IMG/VR virus record: IMGVR_UViG_3300002056_000074
Direction: 5' to 3' (one strand)
From: a virus
Length of the DNA stretch: 64,000 nucleotides
Shown here: one piece after another, positions 19,553 to 29,293 of the stretch
How the letters are laid out: each line of letters starts with the position of its first letter
Numbering within the stretch: the first letter of the stretch is position 1
Position numbers and translations under genes: made by a program
Notes under the pieces: generated by a model
What the model saw: the letters and a program-made list of their open reading frames with translations, nothing else
Databases searched by the model: none
Told to the model about the DNA's origin: nothing

Positions 19553-22225
19553 ATGAATCGAATAACGTTTTTGGTTGTATCCACATTGATAACAGCCAAT
19601 GCTTTCGGACATGGTGCCACCCATGTTGGAGAATTGTCTCCTGAATGGACCTTGCGTGCAGATACTACAAATGTTGAAGGTGGGGCATGGTCAGAACCAG
19701 AAGATTGGCCTGTATTGGCAGTTCATGCGACCGTGTTGCCAACAGGCAATGTATTTGTATGGGATGCAACACCTGATGATTTTGATATCGGGTTTGGAAC
19801 TCGGGAATATCACGATCCTCAGAGAAATCAAACTCGGGTAACAGTCTGGAACCCAACAACCAATGAACATGTTGAAACCTTTAATCCAGATGGAAGTGGT
19901 GATTTGTTTTGCGCTGGTAGTGTTCACTTAACCGATGGAAGAATTATTTTTGCTGGTGGTGATTCTGGTGTGTCCGGGAAAAATGGTGCATCTATAAACA
20001 GTACTATATATAATCCGTGGACGAATCGATGGAAGAGTACTGATAGTATGCACGCTGCTCGATGGTATTCATCTGCTACTTCATTATCAAATGGAGAAGT
20101 ATTGACTGTAGGGGGTTCATATAACCCTGAAACGTATTCAGAAATTTTCGGATTTAATGAAAAGTGGCGAGTATTTGATGCTGAAAGTAATGGCAATGAG
20201 ACATTATCTGGAGATTATGCTTGGTTGGTGGGGGCATCGGATGGATCAGTGGCTTACGTCGGCCCACACAACCGACTAGACAAGATATATGCTGAACCTA
20301 TATTCGACCAAGATGCTTGGGTTAATGGCCCTAAGCGGGATGCACAGGAGCTTGTAGGTGAGTTGGGTTCTTATCGCGGTTATGGTAGCTTTGCCATGTT
20401 TGATAAGGATAAGGTGTTGGTATCTGGTGGTGGATCATCCTCAACATCATCTGTCGTCATTGATATTAAGAATCAAACTGTTACAGAAACCACACCCATG
20501 AATTTTGGTAGGAGACAGCACAACCTCACTGTCCTACCAGATGGTACAGTTTTAGCCACGGGTGGTAATTCATCTGGCGTTGATCTATACGATCCAAATA
20601 ATGGAATCTTGACTCCCGAAATTTGGTCGCCAGATACCGGAACGTGGACTACTATGAACGATATGCAGATTGACCGCCAGTACCATTCAATTGCACTTCT
20701 ATTGCCTGATGCCCGCGTACTTCTTGCAGGTTCTGGTTATTGTATTCCATGCTTTGATTATGGACATGAGGAGCAAAATGCTGAAATATTTTCACCACCT
20801 TATCTTTTTGAGGGTGAACGTCCAGTATTGAACAATGTCCCATTGGCTGCAAATTATGGTGACACTTTGGGGATTACAGTATCTGGTGGTATTGATGCTG
20901 CAAATTTGGTGAAGTTAAGTTCTGTCACACATTCTCAGAGTCAAGATCAGAGATTGGTTAAATTGGAATTATCTGGATCGGGTGATAATTATGATTTGAA
21001 AATGCCTGCAAATCGCGAAGAGGCTCCACCCGGCCCTTATATGTTGTTTGTCCTGAGAGATGGTGTCCCGTCAGTATCTTCAATTATCCAAATCGGTCAA
21101 CCATTGGTACAAACCGAGGATGTTATTTACGGCAATGCTAAACCGAATCGGTGGGAAATGTATGAAATCAAGGGTTTTGATGATCACACATTAACCGTCA
21201 ATTTCAATGGAAATGTTGATGCAACTCATCTTCATGTAGCATCTGGTCGGTGGCCCACACATGACGATGGATTTGAATCATGTTCGATGAAGTCTGAAGA
21301 TGTATTGCAGTGTGTGGTGAGTGCCAACAATGATGCACGTTGGTATGTCGGTGTTTATGGTGAGGATCATAGTGAATTCTCACTGTCTTTTGATATGCGA
21401 GATGGTGTAGTGACTCCTATTGAATCGACAGTATCAACTCCTCGCAATTTTTCAATTCGCCAATTGGACTTGGGTGAATATGAACTAAATTGGTATGGTG
21501 TGCCAGAGGCTGAACATTATGAAGTGATACGAGATGGTCGAATTATGGCTAGGTCTGAATTTACATCATTCATAGATAAAAATTTGAATGCAATGAAATT
21601 CCACTCTTATTCAGTAGTAGCAATTGATGTTGATAATAATCGCTCTGAACCATCAGAGACATTAACGATTCGAACATCAGACACGCCTTACGTTAATGAT
21701 CCTACGACATTTTATAATCCAGTAGTTCCCACCATCCCCGTTGGTATCCGCCTATACAAAGAAGAGGCATCTTCTGGGTATTTAATATGGGAGCGTTCAT
21801 TTGATGATATTGGAGTTGATGGATATTTAATTTATAGAAATGGAGAATTGATTGGTGATCGGGATGATGCTGGTGTGTCATTCCCTCAAAATGATTTGAT
21901 CGTAGGAGAAACTTACACATATCAAGTGAGTGCATATGATCGTGATGGTAATGTTTCAGCACGATCTCAACCATTTACTACAACGGGAACCACATTACCC
22001 ACCTCTCAAGATGTTGTTCCGAATTTAATTGATCCTGATTTCAATCCAGTCGATGTGGGTGGGTATATTAAACCAGAAATACCAACACCAGAACCAGAAG
22101 TAGAGATTGGAGGGGGGGAGGAAACATCTCCCCCACCCAGAAAGGGTGGTGGATCAATTGCGCTGTATATGTTGATGTTGCTCGTTAGTGGTAATGTCTG
22201 GCGTAAACTTTTTAGGAAGGTTTAA
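19553..22225 (+). CDS. Secreted galactose-oxidase-like copper radical oxidase (AA5; Kelch + DUF1929 + PPC + 2 FN3) with GlyGly-CTERM anchor
   Basis: Signal peptide; LFCAG (Cys), ARWY (Tyr), RQYHS (Tyr/His) and VTHS (His) ligands; C-terminus KGGGS-hydrophobic helix-RKLFRKV. Confidence 0.88.
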   Translation: MNRITFLVVSTLITANAFGHGATHVGELSPEWTLRADTTNVEGGAWSEPEDWPVLAVHATVLPTGNVFVWDATPDDFDIGFGTREYHDPQRNQTRVTVWNPTTNEHVETFNPDGSGDLFCAGSVHLTDGRIIFAGGDSGVSGKNGASINSTIYNPWTNRWKSTDSMHAARWYSSATSLSNGEVLTVGGSYNPETYSEIFGFNEKWRVFDAESNGNETLSGDYAWLVGASDGSVAYVGPHNRLDKIYAEPIFDQDAWVNGPKRDAQELVGELGSYRGYGSFAMFDKDKVLVSGGGSSSTSSVVIDIKNQTVTETTPMNFGRRQHNLTVLPDGTVLATGGNSSGVDLYDPNNGILTPEIWSPDTGTWTTMNDMQIDRQYHSIALLLPDARVLLAGSGYCIPCFDYGHEEQNAEIFSPPYLFEGERPVLNNVPLAANYGDTLGITVSGGIDAANLVKLSSVTHSQSQDQRLVKLELSGSGDNYDLKMPANREEAPPGPYMLFVLRDGVPSVSSIIQIGQPLVQTEDVIYGNAKPNRWEMYEIKGFDDHTLTVNFNGNVDATHLHVASGRWPTHDDGFESCSMKSEDVLQCVVSANNDARWYVGVYGEDHSEFSLSFDMRDGVVTPIESTVSTPRNFSIRQLDLGEYELNWYGVPEAEHYEVIRDGRIMARSEFTSFIDKNLNAMKFHSYSVVAIDVDNNRSEPSETLTIRTSDTPYVNDPTTFYNPVVPTIPVGIRLYKEEASSGYLIWERSFDDIGVDGYLIYRNGELIGDRDDAGVSFPQNDLIVGETYTYQVSAYDRDGNVSARSQPFTTTGTTLPTSQDVVPNLIDPDFNPVDVGGYIKPEIPTPEPEVEIGGGEETSPPPRKGGGSIALYMLMLLVSGNVWRKLFRKV

Positions 22226-23615
22226 TAATATTCTCTATATCAGATAACAATTGAGAGATTTTATCAATATCAGATTTTGATAGAGTAATGGTATCAACTT
22301 CCTCCACGGTTGGAACATTGATTTTTGGGGGGAGTTGTGGTGATGGTTTTACTTCTGCTTTTATTTTTTTACCGAATCTATGACTTGATACATATCCATA
22401 TTCTGGCTCAATTTTAATATTATTAGCTGGCCGACGTTCATTTGTTTTGGTTAGGAAACAGGATAGGTATCCATAATATTCAGCCCGTCGATCAACAACC
22501 ATTTTCGTTCTTGAGTTAGTAACACCAGAACTTATTTTATGACTTTTACCGACTGATCCATCCGACATTAATTGGGTCATGGTAACGTCATCTCTAAAAT
22601 TACTAACAGTAAAAATATCACCATCGAAAGTAGTGACTTCCATAGTCCTATCTGATTTGACATTTTTTATAGGAGTAGTGACCCACTCAGTATTTTTTTC
22701 ATTTCGTCTAATATAATAATATTTCTTTTGGCGATCAGGTATAATCATGTGGGGCATACCAGAATCATCTACAGTGATTGATAACATGTTAAATGGTTTT
22801 GGATCACCCTTAGATGTATCCCAGATCAATTGTGTTTGGCTACCGGATTTCGAATTATGATAATAAGCGAATGGCAACTCGGCATGAGTTCCATCGATAT
22901 ATGTCCAATCTGTCCCGTTCATAGACATGATATGAAATAGATCCTGTTGCTTATCTGGACCTCCCCCATTTTTTTCATCCCTCCATAACCCACATAAATG
23001 GAGTCCAGACGGCCCCATTGCAATATTCGAGACATACATCCTCACCCAATCACTCGTATTAATTTGTGCCATTTCGGACCACTTTCCGGTTCTAACATCA
23101 AGTTTTTTCAAATACCAGATGAATAATGGAGCAGTTTTTCCTGAAATTCGTGTATGGTCCTGCTCTCTATATGAGAAACATAGATCATCACCATGATAAA
23201 AGAATTCTGGATAGGTAACTCGATCAGTATCCTTAGTGCCCAATAAACTCCGATTAACATTAGAAAATCCTGAATGTATGGTATATGGTGCATCTGATTT
23301 ACACATGTATAGGGGGTCAACATGATGATCTCCCGCCACGTAAATATATCCTAGAGTGTCAATACCAATTGTAATATTATTGTGACTATCACCATCAACA
23401 GTATTACAACCTAGGGCATCTGAAACATCAACTTCTTTAGACCATTCTCCTTCTGGAAACCTTCGAATGGAAACTTTTGCCCGCCGATCATCCCCCCAAT
23501 AAGTAACTAATTGTGACAGATCTCCATCAACATCTTCGAATGTTGTAAGGTTTTCATTGCCAGATACATTATATTGAAATGAACCATCTAATTTACTAGG
23601 AAGTTTTGCTTGCAT
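22212..23615 (-). CDS. BNR_4-family beta-propeller (family includes PL24 ulvan lyases)
   Basis: DSHNNITIGIDTLGYIYVAGDHH, RVTYPEFF, FSYR motifs; no signal peptide. Confidence 0.7.
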   Translation of the reverse strand: MQAKLPSKLDGSFQYNVSGNENLTTFEDVDGDLSQLVTYWGDDRRAKVSIRRFPEGEWSKEVDVSDALGCNTVDGDSHNNITIGIDTLGYIYVAGDHHVDPLYMCKSDAPYTIHSGFSNVNRSLLGTKDTDRVTYPEFFYHGDDLCFSYREQDHTRISGKTAPLFIWYLKKLDVRTGKWSEMAQINTSDWVRMYVSNIAMGPSGLHLCGLWRDEKNGGGPDKQQDLFHIMSMNGTDWTYIDGTHAELPFAYYHNSKSGSQTQLIWDTSKGDPKPFNMLSITVDDSGMPHMIIPDRQKKYYYIRRNEKNTEWVTTPIKNVKSDRTMEVTTFDGDIFTVSNFRDDVTMTQLMSDGSVGKSHKISSGVTNSRTKMVVDRRAEYYGYLSCFLTKTNERRPANNIKIEPEYGYVSSHRFGKKIKAEVKPSPQLPPKINVPTVEEVDTITLSKSDIDKISQLLSDIENIIKPS

Positions 23616-23727
23616 ATTATGTTTTTTATTGAGGATGATAATATATTATATTTATGGTGAGTAAAATAGAATATTGACATTTACCATCCAACTCAGCATA
23701 ATACATAAAATTTCTCGGGGTAATAAG

Positions 23728-23946
23728 ATGTCTGCACAAGGAAAAATTGAATATTACGAAACTGAATCTGGATGGGAGTGGCGATTTATCGCGGCAAATG
23801 GTGAAGTACTCGCCCACTCAGGCGAAGTGTTTAGTAGTAAACAAGCTGTTCTAAAAAGCATAGAAACCACTACTGAATATTTTATTAATTATGATAAATT
23901 TGGGTTGTTGGTAGAAGTTGATTATAAAAATGGAGAAGAAAAATGA
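23728..23946 (+). CDS. DUF1508/YegP-like protein
   Basis: WEWRFIAANGEVLAHSGEVFSSKQ. Confidence 0.8.
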   Translation: MSAQGKIEYYETESGWEWRFIAANGEVLAHSGEVFSSKQAVLKSIETTTEYFINYDKFGLLVEVDYKNGEEK

Positions 23947-24512
23947 ATTTTAAAGATTTTACACAAAACGCACTTCGAACGGAAAGTGTACCGGATGTAG
24001 TAAGGATACACACTGAATTATTTGAAACTATGCAAGCAGTGTCAGTTAGTGTGGCAGATAATCTCGATCTGATTAAGAAAAATGTTTTTTATGGCAAAGA
24101 TCTTGATCAGGAACGAGTAGTTCGAAATTTGCGACATTGCAAAGTAATGCTAGAAAATCTATCAAAAAATATAGATGGAGATTCGGGGACATTTTCAAAA
24201 ATTGATGAGATGGTCATTAACCCGAGAGAATTTCATGGTGTATTGGGAATTTTGACAGAAGCCAATGAATTATTAGACTGTGTAAATTTAGGTTCAAAAT
24301 CATTGCCCGTAAAGGAGTGCGTGGATGAGTTGGGTGATGTTATGTGGTATACAGCAATTCTGGCGGATGAAAAAAATATTGATGTGGAAGATCAGGTGTT
24401 GGTGGCTGTTATTGATAAACTAAGAACTCGCTTCCCTGATAAATTTGATGCTGCGTTAGCGATTTCAAAAAATAAGGATATTGAAGGTGAAGTAACACAA
24501 AAATATGTTTGA
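23943..24512 (+). CDS. MazG-like nucleotide pyrophosphohydrolase
   Basis: HGVLGILTEANELLD and DELGDVMWYTA. Confidence 0.8.
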   Translation: MNFKDFTQNALRTESVPDVVRIHTELFETMQAVSVSVADNLDLIKKNVFYGKDLDQERVVRNLRHCKVMLENLSKNIDGDSGTFSKIDEMVINPREFHGVLGILTEANELLDCVNLGSKSLPVKECVDELGDVMWYTAILADEKNIDVEDQVLVAVIDKLRTRFPDKFDAALAISKNKDIEGEVTQKYV

Positions 24513-24554
24513 GGGTATTGACAACACACATTCATTTTTGATATAAATATAGTT

Positions 24555-24607
24555 ATCAGATGCCTTATGGGTCTGATATGACATTAAACTTGCTTAACTA
24601 AGAGGAG
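24555..24607 (+). promoter_or_regulatory. ROSE-like RNA thermometer in the hsp20 leader
   Basis: 5' hairpin, then CUUGCUU pairing with SD GAGGAG around a bulged G (ROSE UYGCU signature); TTGACA at 24518 and TATAAATA at 24542 upstream. Confidence 0.6.
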
Positions 24608-24615
24608 AAAATATT

Positions 24616-25044
24616 ATGTCAACTAGAACTTTAGATAGTTTAATGAATGACCTTTTTCGATCAGCTATTGGTTATGACGATCTATTTCGATCTATATCGA
24701 GAGCATCGATCAAACAACCAAATTTCCCACCCTATAATATCGTCAATACCGAAGATGGGCATGTAATAGCTGTTGCTCTAGCAGGATATGGTAATGATGA
24801 TATTGAAGTTACCGTAGATGCCGAAATTCTGACCATTAAAACAGTGGATGAATTGGATACTGCCAAGGATGAAGATGGTTTGGAAAATGTTCAGTATCGA
24901 GGTATTTCAAAACGGAAATTTAATCTTACCTTTTCATTGAATCGAAAATTGGAGGTATCTAGTGCTAAACTAGAAAACGGACTCTTAATGATAGATATAC
25001 GTAATGTAAAAAATGAAGATGTTAAGATGATACCCATCCTCTAA
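24616..25044 (+). CDS. hsp20: Small heat-shock protein (IbpA-like)
   Basis: FPPYNIV, AVALAGY, YRGISKRKF, LENGLLMI. Confidence 0.93.
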   Translation: MSTRTLDSLMNDLFRSAIGYDDLFRSISRASIKQPNFPPYNIVNTEDGHVIAVALAGYGNDDIEVTVDAEILTIKTVDELDTAKDEDGLENVQYRGISKRKFNLTFSLNRKLEVSSAKLENGLLMIDIRNVKNEDVKMIPIL

Positions 25045-25061
25045 TATTATAATGCCGAGTT

Positions 25062-25601
25062 GTGGTGAGGAATTTTTCCTCACCACAACAAGGTTTCAAT
25101 AGGAAGGAGTATTATATTATCGATACTAATGAAACCATAAATTCAATGATCTCTGCAATGAATAAAAAGGATAGAAAAAAATTCTTTAATATAAATTTTA
25201 TGAGTAGACTCATTGATAATTTTTATTGGGGGATGGTTCATCGATTCCACCCCAAGAACAAATACAATACTATAAAAATTAGAAGTCTGAAACCCGGATA
25301 CTATGACCCAGATCAGCGAATTTTGCATGGTTGTTTTGATTTGTTTTGTGAATGGTTTGAAGACGAAAATATATCTAAAAATATAAGAGATGACATGAGC
25401 ACATATTCCAGAGAATGTGTTGATTTATATCACTATTGGATGGTAATCAGGCCCAAATATCTCGATCTTATAGACACCAAATTAATCAACGACGCAACGA
25501 GTGGCAAAACTTCAATGGATCTTCATGAAAAATTAGATGAAATTGATAATAAAATGTTAATTCGATTGATTCACATTAGAACTAGTATATGGTATCTCTA
25601 A
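25062..25601 (+). CDS. Hypothetical protein
   Basis: 179-aa ORF; start uncertain. Confidence 0.6.
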   Translation: MVRNFSSPQQGFNRKEYYIIDTNETINSMISAMNKKDRKKFFNINFMSRLIDNFYWGMVHRFHPKNKYNTIKIRSLKPGYYDPDQRILHGCFDLFCEWFEDENISKNIRDDMSTYSRECVDLYHYWMVIRPKYLDLIDTKLINDATSGKTSMDLHEKLDEIDNKMLIRLIHIRTSIWYL

Positions 25602-25695
25602 TAAAATCAAATAGTTAGAAGTTATTTTTTACTATTTCAAATTTTACCCTAAATAAGTTTATCTTACATTTTTAAGATACTAGAGGATAAAATTT

Positions 25696-26460
25696 ATGGG
25701 TAAAAAGGCTCGCAGATATTCACCCAACGCCACCCAACAGACAGATAACGTAGTATCTCTAAATTACCATGACCAACAAGCGAGATTGCATGGCCCTAAA
25801 AAGAAAAATTGGAGTATACATGATCTCCACAACGTAACTCCCCTAACAGAAAAACAAGAAGATATGTTTCATGCTTGGTTTCAGGGTGATGATATATGCG
25901 CTCATGGTTCAGCGGGAACAGGAAAATCCTTTTTATCGCTATTTTTAGCATGTTCGGAAATGTTAGACCGTGGAGAGCATGATAGGATAATTATTATTCG
26001 ATCTGCAGTTCAGGGGAGAGATATGGGCCATTTGCCCGGATCACTCGAAGAGAAATATGCAGAATATGAGGCTCCATATCAAGCAATTTTATCTGATTTA
26101 TTTGGACGTAAATCAACATATGCAGATATGAAAGAAGCTGGAAAAATAGAGTTTATGACAACTTCATTTATTAGGGGATTAACATTTGACAATGCCATTA
26201 TTATTCTTGACGAATTCCAAAATTGTACGTTTGCAGAAATCGACTCTGTAATGACGCGAGTGGGAAAGAATAGTAGAGTATTGGTGGCTGGTGATGATAA
26301 GCGTCAGTGTGATCTGAGGCACCATGAAGAGACGGGAAGTAATCGAATGATTAGTGCATTTAAGAAGATGGGGGAATTTTCTACTATCGAATTTAATACT
26401 GAGGATGTAGTAAGGTCTGCATATGCTAAATCGTGGTTGTTAGCAACTGGACAAGCCTAA
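25696..26460 (+). CDS. phoH: PhoH-family ATPase
   Basis: GSAGTGKS, GHLPGS, FIRGLTFDN, DEFQN, GD..QCDL. Confidence 0.95.
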   Translation: MGKKARRYSPNATQQTDNVVSLNYHDQQARLHGPKKKNWSIHDLHNVTPLTEKQEDMFHAWFQGDDICAHGSAGTGKSFLSLFLACSEMLDRGEHDRIIIIRSAVQGRDMGHLPGSLEEKYAEYEAPYQAILSDLFGRKSTYADMKEAGKIEFMTTSFIRGLTFDNAIIILDEFQNCTFAEIDSVMTRVGKNSRVLVAGDDKRQCDLRHHEETGSNRMISAFKKMGEFSTIEFNTEDVVRSAYAKSWLLATGQA

Positions 26461-26533
26461 ATTTGGGGTTGATTTAATGAAGTGAATCGTCTATAATCCA
26501 ACAAAATATAATCCAACAAAATAGGATTCATAG

Positions 26534-26749
26534 ATGAAAGAAAAAATTCCATATATTTACTTCAATAATGATTCATATGTTGAAGTGGAGACTACTGGCA
26601 GGGTAGCTAAAAAAACTATCCCTGCGGTGGGGACGATGAGAGCCAGAGTAGAACTTCTGGTAGAAGTTAAACCATCCAAAATGGAAGATGGAAGATGGGT
26701 TAAGTTTGTCAATGAATCCGAGCTACATGAGATTCTTGACGATGAATAA
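26534..26749 (+). CDS. Hypothetical protein
   Basis: 71-aa ORF coupled to thyA. Confidence 0.6.
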   Translation: MKEKIPYIYFNNDSYVEVETTGRVAKKTIPAVGTMRARVELLVEVKPSKMEDGRWVKFVNESELHEILDDE

Positions 26750-27641
26750 TTATCTATTATCTGAATACGACGATAATCTTCGAGCCATTTATGAAAATGG
26801 ATTTGATATATCTGGAGATCGTACTGGAGTTGGTACTAGGTGTTTATTTGGACTTAACACTACGATTGATTTATCAAGTGGTAGAGTTCCTATCTTAACA
26901 AAGCGGCGAGTAGCATACAAAAGTATCATACGCGAGGTGTTGTGGTATATCAGCGGCTCTTCAAATATTAATGATTTAGAGGCTATGGGATCTGGGATAT
27001 GGACTCCTTGGAAAAGTAAGGAGTTTACAGATAAACATGATTTACCAGAAGGTTCTGGTGGTTATTTGTATGGTCATAATTTGATACATTTTGGAAAAGA
27101 TATTAAAAATCCTGATGATGTGGGATTTAATCAGTTAGATTATGTAATCAATACACTGAAACAGAATCCAAAAAGTAGACAGGCATGTTTTACATTCTGG
27201 ATGCCGGGGAGTGGAAATAATGGCATAATCAGCGATTTCACCAAACCCGCATTGCTTCCGGCATGTCATGCTTTTTATTCTTTTATTGCGAGTCCAGATG
27301 AAAATGGTGATATTAAAAATTTAAATGTTGCTATACATCAACGCTCTGTTGATACTGCAATCGGTTTAGGAATGGGAAATTTATTAACGGGTGCAATCTT
27401 TTTACATTTGGTAGCACATCAAGTTGGATTATCTGCCAATAAAATTTTTCATTCAGGTGCACATTGCCATATATATCACAACCAATTTGATGCTGTTGAA
27501 GAATATTTGAAAAGAACTCCCATTGATTCTCCGATGATGCAAATCAATCATCATGATTCAATTTATAATTACAGTGATGAAGATTTCGAAATCATAAACT
27601 ATCAGGCTCATGAAAAAATAAAATTCGAAATTGCAGTATAA
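26742..27641 (+). CDS. thyA: Thymidylate synthase
   Basis: DRTGVGT, EVLWYISG, SRQ, LPACH (catalytic Cys), QRSVD, HIYHNQ; likely start MNNY at 26742. Confidence 0.95.
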   Translation: MNNYLLSEYDDNLRAIYENGFDISGDRTGVGTRCLFGLNTTIDLSSGRVPILTKRRVAYKSIIREVLWYISGSSNINDLEAMGSGIWTPWKSKEFTDKHDLPEGSGGYLYGHNLIHFGKDIKNPDDVGFNQLDYVINTLKQNPKSRQACFTFWMPGSGNNGIISDFTKPALLPACHAFYSFIASPDENGDIKNLNVAIHQRSVDTAIGLGMGNLLTGAIFLHLVAHQVGLSANKIFHSGAHCHIYHNQFDAVEEYLKRTPIDSPMMQINHHDSIYNYSDEDFEIINYQAHEKIKFEIAV

Positions 27642-27644
27642 AAT

Positions 27645-27992
27645 ATGGCACAAAAAACTACAGAAAAGTTTATTGAACAAGCGAAGGCTGTTCATGGAAA
27701 TCGTTATGATTATTCAAACACGATTTATATCCATTGGTCAGAAAAAATTAATATAGTTTGTAAAAAACACGGCGAAATTTCAATAAGACCAAATGATCAT
27801 TTGCAGGGTTATAATTGTAAATTATGTGCAATTGAAGGAAGAACCAACGATAAAGAGGGTTTCCTAAGAAATGCATTTGAGGCTCATGGTGATTTGTATG
27901 ATTATTCCCAAGTAGTTTATAAAAGTAACAAAAAGAAGGTTGATATAATTTGTCCAATCCACGGAATATTTAAATTTCCAATTGCAGTATAA
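27645..27992 (+). pseudogene. Truncated homing-endonuclease gene (zinc-ribbon repeats only) fused to a second copy of the thyA 3' end
   Basis: CKKHG/ICPIHG repeats without a nuclease domain; ends KFPIAV*, and 27972-27992 matches thyA 27621-27641 at 18 of 21 nt. Confidence 0.75.
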
Positions 27993-28100
27993 TTTACTGG
28001 CAACCGTAAACAAATGTCAACAATCCTTCTATACCCACTTTCCTATTGACATAATTGATATATACTTAGTCACTAACCAATAACAATAATATAAATTAAC

Positions 28101-28724
28101 ATGAATACTTTAGTTAAAAATAGAAAAATAGAATCCATACCACACATTAATTCCAAGCGAATGTTGGATATCGCTGGTGCATCATTGGCACTATTATTTC
28201 TTGCAGTACCAATGCTTGTTTCTTGTATATTAATAAAACTCACTAGTAAGGGCAGTATTATATATAAACAAACACGAGTCGGATTAAATGGCGAAGAGTT
28301 CGAAATTTTCAAATTTCGAACTCTTTATAGTGATAGGTGTGCTAGTGGCTTTCAGGCAAATTCGGACGATTCTGTAAAAACACCATTTGGAAAATTCGCA
28401 AGAAAATATAGTATTGACGAACTCCCCCAATTATTTAATGTACTGAGGGGTGATATGTCTTTAGTTGGTCCACGTCCCGTTGCACGATATTTGGATGAAC
28501 AGTTTTCTAGTGTTAGAAACTTACAACATCGATATAAAGTACTTCCCGGTATAACAGGTCTTGCACAAATAAATGGTTGTAGGGGTGAAACTACCACTAT
28601 AGAGGAATATCAAAAACGCATCAATTATGATATTTTATATGTCAAACATGCGTCACTATTGTTGGATTTTAAAATATTATTAAATACAGTTCGCACCGTT
28701 TTCACGTCAAACACGGGATCATAA
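28101..28724 (+). CDS. Monotopic phosphoglycosyltransferase (bacterial sugar transferase, PglC/WcaJ catalytic domain)
   Basis: KRMLDI, FKFRTL, SIDELPQLFNVLRGDMSLVGPRP, PGITGLAQING. Confidence 0.93.
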   Translation: MNTLVKNRKIESIPHINSKRMLDIAGASLALLFLAVPMLVSCILIKLTSKGSIIYKQTRVGLNGEEFEIFKFRTLYSDRCASGFQANSDDSVKTPFGKFARKYSIDELPQLFNVLRGDMSLVGPRPVARYLDEQFSSVRNLQHRYKVLPGITGLAQINGCRGETTTIEEYQKRINYDILYVKHASLLLDFKILLNTVRTVFTSNTGS

Positions 28725-28725
28725 A

Positions 28726-29256
28726 TTGAATTTAAATTTGATAGTGGCCGTTGATGAAATGGGTGGATTTGGGAAATCAGGAAAAATCCCTTGGAACGTT
28801 CCCGAAGATATGAAACATTTTAAAGAAGTAACATCTAATCATGTATGTGTAATGGGGAGAAAAACTTATGCTGATATGCTGAAGATGTACCAAGATAGAC
28901 TTGGTGACTCATTTGAATCTACACTGGGTGATTCACTGTTTCAAATTTTGCCCAATCGAGATTCTTATGTAGTTAGCAGAAACTCAGAATTGGAGGCTAT
29001 TGGTGCAAAGCGAGTTAATAGTCCAAGTGAAGTATTTGATAAATTTGTGAAGACTAACCGAAAAATCTTTGTGTTGGGTGGATACCAATTATTTGTAGCA
29101 GCATTAAATGAGGGTGCAAAGGTTTACATGACTATTATAAAAGGAGACAATTACAGTTGTGATGTTAAATTTCCCATCAAAATATTGGATAACTATAAAA
29201 TTGTTAATGGTAGGGAAACCAAAGATTGTTACTTCATTGAGTATGAACATAAATAA
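28726..29256 (+). CDS. folA: Dihydrofolate reductase
   Basis: LIVAVD..GG.G..GKIPWN.PEDMKHFK, VMGRKTY, LPNR, FVLGG. Confidence 0.93.
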   Translation: MNLNLIVAVDEMGGFGKSGKIPWNVPEDMKHFKEVTSNHVCVMGRKTYADMLKMYQDRLGDSFESTLGDSLFQILPNRDSYVVSRNSELEAIGAKRVNSPSEVFDKFVKTNRKIFVLGGYQLFVAALNEGAKVYMTIIKGDNYSCDVKFPIKILDNYKIVNGRETKDCYFIEYEHK

Positions 29257-29293
29257 GTAAATAAATATCAAATAACATTGTTATGGAGAATGT

